Below, one piece after another: positions 27,442 through 32,000 of a stretch of DNA of 32,000 bases. Below the pieces are notes generated by a model. The model ran no database searches and was not told where the DNA came from. It worked only from the letters and a program-made list of their open reading frames with translations. The position numbers and the translations under genes were made by a program. The stretch comes from Candidatus Hadarchaeota archaeon (GTDB lineage: Archaea; Hadarchaeota; Hadarchaeia; Hadarchaeales; Hadarchaeaceae), in the NCBI GenBank assembly GCA_964514965.1, contig CAZETV010000001.1, forward strand, positions 270,001-302,000, in the 5' to 3' direction. Numbering within the stretch: the first letter of the stretch is position 1; each line of letters opens with the position of its first letter.

Positions 27442-28298
27442 ATGTAAAAATTGCCGTGCCAAAAGGGCACTTAGAGGAAACGACGGTCAAATTACTCCAA
27501 GATGCTGGAATCGGGGTAATTGGTAGAGATGGACGTCAGCTCTTCGCTAAAACAAACGACCCCGAGATAGAACTAGTATTCGTGCGGGCTGAAGATATCC
27601 CAGATTTCGTTGCTAGAGAATCGACTGACCTTGGCATAACTGGCTACGACTTAGTGTGTGAAAGTGCCGATGATATTGTCGAATTGCTGGAGTTATCCTA
27701 TGGTTTCACTCGCATGGTAGTGGCAGCGAGTGAGAAAGCGGGCATCAAATCAGTGCGAGATATAAAAAAAGGAGCAAGAGTAGCAACTGAATTTCCAACG
27801 ATAACCAAACAGTATTTCGCAAAAAAGGGGATTAAGGTTGAACTCGTCGACGTTACGGGAGCTGCTGAAATATCACCATTAATCGGACTAGCGGATCTTA
27901 TCGTTGACGTGACGAGCACTGGCTCGACTCTGCGTGCGCACGGGCTGAAAATAATCGATACAATCCTAGAGAGTTCAGCGCGATTGATAGCTAACCGCCA
28001 AAGTTTGAAAAAGAAGAAAGCTAAAATCGACGACATTGTTACCGCAGTTAGTAGCGTAGTCAAGGCAAGAGGGAAGAAGTTGGTATTGATGAATATGCCT
28101 GAAAACAAGCTCGAAGAAATCAAAAAAGTGATGCCTGGAATGGCGGGCCCCACTGTCTCTCGTGTCGAAGCTGCAGAGGCGATGTTGGCAATTCAAGCTG
28201 TGGTTGATGAAGCTGAAGTCTACAATATCGTGAAGCGTGCCAAAAAAGCAGGGGCTAGGGACATTCTCGTCCTACCGATTGAAAGGGTGCTGCCGTGA
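27438..28298 (+). CDS. hisG: ATP phosphoribosyltransferase, long form
   Basis: 'MNVKIAVPKGHLEETTVKLLQDAGI', 'VRAEDIPDFVARESTDLGITGYDLV', 'VDVTSTGSTLRAHGLKIIDTILESSARLIAN'. C-terminal regulatory domain present. Confidence 0.95.
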   Translation: MNVKIAVPKGHLEETTVKLLQDAGIGVIGRDGRQLFAKTNDPEIELVFVRAEDIPDFVARESTDLGITGYDLVCESADDIVELLELSYGFTRMVVAASEKAGIKSVRDIKKGARVATEFPTITKQYFAKKGIKVELVDVTGAAEISPLIGLADLIVDVTSTGSTLRAHGLKIIDTILESSARLIANRQSLKKKKAKIDDIVTAVSSVVKARGKKLVLMNMPENKLEEIKKVMPGMAGPTVSRVEAAEAMLAIQAVVDEAEVYNIVKRAKKAGARDILVLPIERVLP

Positions 28299-28320
28299 AA
28301 ATTTATGGGGGTGTAAAAGG

Positions 28321-29031
28321 TTGCTCGTGATACCGAGCATTGACATTCGACAAGGGCGATGTGTGCAACTAGTTGGAGGCAGGCCGGAGACTGAGCGGAT
28401 ATACGACAATCCAGCTAAACAAGCGCAGCGGTGGGTTGCTGAGGGCGCAAGCTACTTACATGTGATCGATTTAGATGCGGCGATGGGTGTGGGTGATAAC
28501 TTCAAACATGTGGCTGAGGTGCTTGCGAACGTTCGTATTGGCATCCAAGTAGGGGGTGGAATTCGGACCCGCGAGCGCGCTTGCGAACTTCTGGGCATCG
28601 GTGCTAGCCGGGTGATTTTGGGCACCGCCGCGGTGAAGAACCCGGAATTGGTGCGAGAGCTCGTTGGGCTCGCGGGAGGTAGCCGGGTCATTGTGGCCCT
28701 AGACTCCCGCTCTGGCAAGGTGGCAATCGAAGGCTGGCAGGAACAGACAGAAAAATCAATGCTCGATCTAGCGCGAGAGTTCGAGCGCCTAGGAGTTGGT
28801 GGTTTCCTCTTCACGAATGTAGATGTTGAAGGAAGAATGACGGGCATTAATGTTCGAGCTATCCGCGAGCTCATAGGAACAGTCAAAATACCAGTGTTTG
28901 TAGCGGGTGGTGTGTCCTCGCTCGACGACGTGGTCCTAGCTAAAGATGCTGGTGCAGCAGGTTTGGTTGTCGGGATGGCATTATACGAGGGCAAGTTCAC
29001 GTTAAAGCAGGCGATGGAGGTAAGCAAATGA
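28321..29031 (+). CDS. hisA: Phosphoribosylformimino-5-aminoimidazole carboxamide ribotide isomerase
   Basis: 'VIPSIDIRQGRCVQLVGG', 'LHVIDLDAAMGVGDN', 'VGGGIRT', 'SRVILGTAAVKNP'. The track start at 28237 overlaps hisG; a TTG (28321) or GTG (28327) start is more plausible. Confidence 0.93.
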   Translation: MLVIPSIDIRQGRCVQLVGGRPETERIYDNPAKQAQRWVAEGASYLHVIDLDAAMGVGDNFKHVAEVLANVRIGIQVGGGIRTRERACELLGIGASRVILGTAAVKNPELVRELVGLAGGSRVIVALDSRSGKVAIEGWQEQTEKSMLDLAREFERLGVGGFLFTNVDVEGRMTGINVRAIRELIGTVKIPVFVAGGVSSLDDVVLAKDAGAAGLVVGMALYEGKFTLKQAMEVSK

Positions 29032-29603
29032 GAGCGAGCAAGGTCAGACGGAAAACGAAGGAGACGCAGATCGAGGTCGAGCTAAACCTCGATGGGTCTG
29101 GCAAAGCAAACGTGAATACAGAAATAAAATTTTTCAACCACTTACTCACGAGCTTTGCTAAACACGGCTGTTTCGACCTCAAACTTCGAGCACGAGGGGA
29201 TTTCAAGCACCACATTGCCGAAGATGCTATGATCGCTCTAGGCGAAGCCATAGAGCGGGCTCTCGATAAGAAGACATGCATTGAACGAATGGGAAATGCG
29301 ATAGTACCAATGGATGATGCTTTAGTGCTCGCTGCGGTCGACCTCAGCGGACGGGCTTTTCCAGACATCGAGGCTAAATTTGCGAAGCGGAGGCTGGACG
29401 ACTTAAACAGCGATATGGTCGAGCACATGCTCCAAGCACTTGCGACGAATGGAAAGTTTAATCTGCACGTGAAGGTTCTGCGCGGCAAGAACGACCACCA
29501 CAAAGCGGAGGCCATTTTCAAGGCGCTTGGAGTAGCGATAGCGAAAGCCGTGAGCAAGCGACCTCGCGCAAAAGGGGTACCAAGCACGAAGGGGGTCATC
29601 TAG
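29028..29603 (+). CDS. hisB: Imidazoleglycerol-phosphate dehydratase
   Basis: 'GTGKANVNTEIKFFNHLLTSFAKHG'-like (GSGKANVNTEIKFFNHLLTSFAKHGCFDL), 'HHIAEDAMIALGEAI', 'KGKNDHHKAEAIFKALG'-like. ATGA overlap with hisA. Confidence 0.95.
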   Translation: MRASKVRRKTKETQIEVELNLDGSGKANVNTEIKFFNHLLTSFAKHGCFDLKLRARGDFKHHIAEDAMIALGEAIERALDKKTCIERMGNAIVPMDDALVLAAVDLSGRAFPDIEAKFAKRRLDDLNSDMVEHMLQALATNGKFNLHVKVLRGKNDHHKAEAIFKALGVAIAKAVSKRPRAKGVPSTKGVI

Positions 29604-30358
29604 TGTACAAGAGTATCCTACCATGCCTCGACACAAGATGGGGTAAACTCGTCAAGGGTGTACACTTCAAAAACATAAAAGATGTGGGCGACCCCGCGGA
29701 GTTTGCAAAACGCTATGAGGAACAAGGCGCGGATGAGCTCGTTTTTCTAGACATCGCCGCGACTCCCGAAGGCAAACCAACGTTAATCGAAGCGGTTCGA
29801 AGGGTTGCTGAACAAATTTCGATTCCCTTAGTAGTGGGAGGAGGAATACGAAGCGTTGAAGATGCTAGGGCAATCTTGGACGCAGGCGCAAGCAAAGTAT
29901 CCATAAATACCGCCGCAGTCAGGGCTCCAAATCTCCTACAAAAACTTTCTCGAGAATTCGGAAAGGAAAGCGTAGTTAATGCAATCGATGGAAAATGCAT
30001 CGGAAAGGGAAAGTGGGAGGTTTACATTAGTGGCGGGACGAAACCGACAGGCATTGATATGATCGAGTGGGCAAAAAAAGTCGAGTCACTTGGCGCAGGC
30101 GAAATCCTTTACACGGGAATCAACACCGATGGCACGCGAGAGGGCTACGACCTTGATGGAACACGAGCGGTAGTCGAAGCTGTCAGCATACCGGTTATCG
30201 CTTCTGGCGGTGCGGGCAAACTTGAGGATATCTACAATGTATTAACCACCGCTCAAGCAGATGCCGCATTAGCCGCAAGCATCTTTCACTTCGGCGTCTA
30301 CACAGTCGAACAAGTCAAACGCTACCTGCGAGACCGTGGAGTAGCGGTAAGGATATAA
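29603..30358 (+). CDS. hisF: Imidazole glycerol phosphate synthase cyclase subunit
   Basis: 'ILPCLDTRWGKLVKGVHFKNIKDVGDPAEFAKRYEEQGADELVFLDIAATPEG', 'GGGIRSVEDARAILDAGASKVSINTAAV'. Confidence 0.96.
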   Translation: MYKSILPCLDTRWGKLVKGVHFKNIKDVGDPAEFAKRYEEQGADELVFLDIAATPEGKPTLIEAVRRVAEQISIPLVVGGGIRSVEDARAILDAGASKVSINTAAVRAPNLLQKLSREFGKESVVNAIDGKCIGKGKWEVYISGGTKPTGIDMIEWAKKVESLGAGEILYTGINTDGTREGYDLDGTRAVVEAVSIPVIASGGAGKLEDIYNVLTTAQADAALAASIFHFGVYTVEQVKRYLRDRGVAVRI

Positions 30359-30366
30359 TCGAGGTT

Positions 30367-31668
30367 ATGATGATGTTGAAAATTGTTCGCCTTCAGGAAT
30401 GCTCGCGAGCGGGACGTAGGGAACTACTCAAGCGCTCTGAACTCGATGTCTCCTCAGTCATTCTTAAAGCGGCCAAAATCGTGACCGATGTGCGGGAGCG
30501 GGGCGACAAAGCTCTCATCGAATACACGAAGAACTTCGACGGTGCCAAACTTGGCCGAAAGCAACTCCCTGTTAGTAAGAAAGAGATAGATGCTGCTTAC
30601 AAGCAAGTCGATGCAAAAACAGTAAAGACGATTAAACGCGCTGCAGCGGAAATCGAAAAATTTCACCGCAAACAACTTCCACGTGAGTGGTCAACAAAGC
30701 TCCAGCCCGGAATTAGCGCCGGGCAACTCGTGCGCCCTTTGGCGAGAGTAGGCGTTTATATCCCTGGTGGGCTGGCGAGCTACCCCTCAAGCGCGCTCAT
30801 GGCTGCAATTCCGGCGCGAATTGCTGGGGTCGAGCAAATAATTGCATGCACACCGCCCAAGAAGGACGGTAGAGTTAACGCCGCCGTGCTAGTAGCTGCT
30901 GATGTGGCAGGTATCGATGCAGTTTTCAAGGTTGGAGGTGCTCAGGCGATAGCGGCGATGACATATGGCACTGCGACGGTCCCAAAGGTCGACAAGATAG
31001 TCGGGCCGGGCAACGTCTATGTAGTTGCGGCCAAACAAGTGGTCGCCCCAAATGTCGACGTAGATTTTGCCGCAGGCCCAAGCGAGGTTTTAATCATCGC
31101 GGATGCTTCAGCCAATCCAGCGTACATCGCGGCGGACATGTTGGCGCAGGCTGAACATGACCCAGCGGCGGCGGCGATGCTCGTAACGACATCTTTGGAA
31201 CTCACGTCAAAGGTTTTCGAGTCGCTTGAGAAAATGGTTGAAGAAAACCCGCGAGCAGAAATTATACAACAAGCACTCGGCAAGTACGGGCGAGCAGTAG
31301 TAACGGCCAATCTCCAGCAGGCGATAGAATTCGCGAACGACTATGCACCTGAACATCTTGAGCTAATGGTGAAGCGCCCAAAACAAATCTTGAATCGGTT
31401 AAAAAACGCGGGCGCAATTTTTATCGGACCTTACTCACCAGTAGCAGCGGGTGATTTTGCGGTGGGGCCCAATCATATCCTCCCCACGGGTAGTACAGCT
31501 CGCAGGCGTTCGGGCATTTCGGTTTTGGATTTCGTTCGGCTGCCCACAGTACAGGAACTCACGAAGCGTGGCTTGAAACGAGTCGCCGCAATTGTGGAAA
31601 GACTCGCAGAAGTGGAAGGTCTACCCGGGCATGCCCAAAGTATCAAAGAGAGGTTAAAGGAAGGGTGA
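30367..31668 (+). CDS. hisD: Histidinol dehydrogenase
   Basis: '[32 protein letters not shown]', '[17 protein letters not shown]', '[14 protein letters not shown]', 'EHLELMVK'. Confidence 0.96.
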   Translation: MMMLKIVRLQECSRAGRRELLKRSELDVSSVILKAAKIVTDVRERGDKALIEYTKNFDGAKLGRKQLPVSKKEIDAAYKQVDAKTVKTIKRAAAEIEKFHRKQLPREWSTKLQPGISAGQLVRPLARVGVYIPGGLASYPSSALMAAIPARIAGVEQIIACTPPKKDGRVNAAVLVAADVAGIDAVFKVGGAQAIAAMTYGTATVPKVDKIVGPGNVYVVAAKQVVAPNVDVDFAAGPSEVLIIADASANPAYIAADMLAQAEHDPAAAAMLVTTSLELTSKVFESLEKMVEENPRAEIIQQALGKYGRAVVTANLQQAIEFANDYAPEHLELMVKRPKQILNRLKNAGAIFIGPYSPVAAGDFAVGPNHILPTGSTARRRSGISVLDFVRLPTVQELTKRGLKRVAAIVERLAEVEGLPGHAQSIKERLKEG

Positions 31669-31955
31669 AAATGGGAACCGAAATTTTGGATGAGGTTTTC
31701 AACGTGATCGAAGACCGTCGTGAAAAACCGAGACGGAGCTCCTACGTATCGGGCCTGCTAGCAAAGGGTGAGGCGGAGGTAATTGGTAAGTTTGAGGAAG
31801 AAGCTGATGAACTCAGCATCGCAGCGAAGGGTTGTGAAAAGGCGAATACAATACATGAGGCAGCCGATGTGATATTTCACCTGATTGTACTTCTAGCGGC
31901 GAAGGGCATTCGATTGGACGAAGTCATGGAAGAACTTAAGCGAAGGCGGCGGTGA
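31665..31955 (+). CDS. hisE: Phosphoribosyl-ATP pyrophosphatase
   Basis: 'VFNVIEDRRE...SSYVSGLLAKG...IGKFEEEADELSIAAKG...EAADVIFHLIVLLAAKG', the MazG-like HisE fold. Overlaps the hisD stop. Confidence 0.92.
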   Translation: MKMGTEILDEVFNVIEDRREKPRRSSYVSGLLAKGEAEVIGKFEEEADELSIAAKGCEKANTIHEAADVIFHLIVLLAAKGIRLDEVMEELKRRRR

Positions 31956-32000
31956 TCGTTTTGAAGGTAAATCCAGCTAGAGCGCGATCGATTGCAAAAA
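31952..32000 (+). CDS. Start of the next gene of the his cluster, truncated by the window edge
   Basis: GTG at 31952 overlapping the hisE stop, open frame MIVLKVNPARARSIAK to the window end. Product not identifiable. Confidence 0.35.
   Translation, partial: MIVLKVNPARARSIAK

Noticed and set aside
27698-28153. Long antisense ORFs opposite hisG, hisA, hisB and other genes (e.g. 28452-29027, 28997-29599)
   Set aside because: They lie wholly inside confidently assigned genes on the other strand and have low-complexity, Ser/Thr/Pro-rich translations typical of spurious antisense frames.

Overview
The window reads as a stretch of archaeal genome with two compositionally different halves that meet near a tRNA-Arg gene at about 22.85 kb. 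LEFT (1-20 kb): an oligosaccharide uptake and degradation locus. It holds a GH4-like hydrolase, a GH1 beta-glycosidase, a complete Opp/Dpp-type ABC transporter (two permeases, two ATPases, a C-terminally anchored binding protein), an ICMT-like membrane methyltransferase, a frameshifted MFS permease, two large beta-galactosidase-like hydrolases, a GT1-type glycosyltransferase and an L-fucose-isomerase-like protein. It is interrupted by an IS-type transposase with an in-frame TGA. Next to the transposase is a short ribbon-helix-helix-like gene, and an array of GTAATACT half-sites lies between the two. MIDDLE (20.2-22.8 kb): a compact three-gene cassette that is the best candidate for something undescribed. 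It encodes (i) a helix-hairpin-helix plus carboxypeptidase-regulatory-like protein, (ii) a 189-aa protein joining a CxxC...HxNCxC cysteine module to an aerolysin/ETX-MTX2-like 'TIPSQT..PPHS..NVHVEIY' segment, and (iii) a zinc-dependent phospholipase C / S1-P1-like hydrolase. RIGHT (22.8-32 kb): a tRNA-Arg(GCG) with a 20-nt insertion in its D-arm, a 54-aa zinc-ribbon protein absent from the ORF track, EF-1beta, a CDF transporter, a SufS-like desulfurase, an Lrp/AsnC regulator and the histidine genes hisC-G-A-B-F-D-E. All family assignments are from reading motifs by eye; no database search was run.
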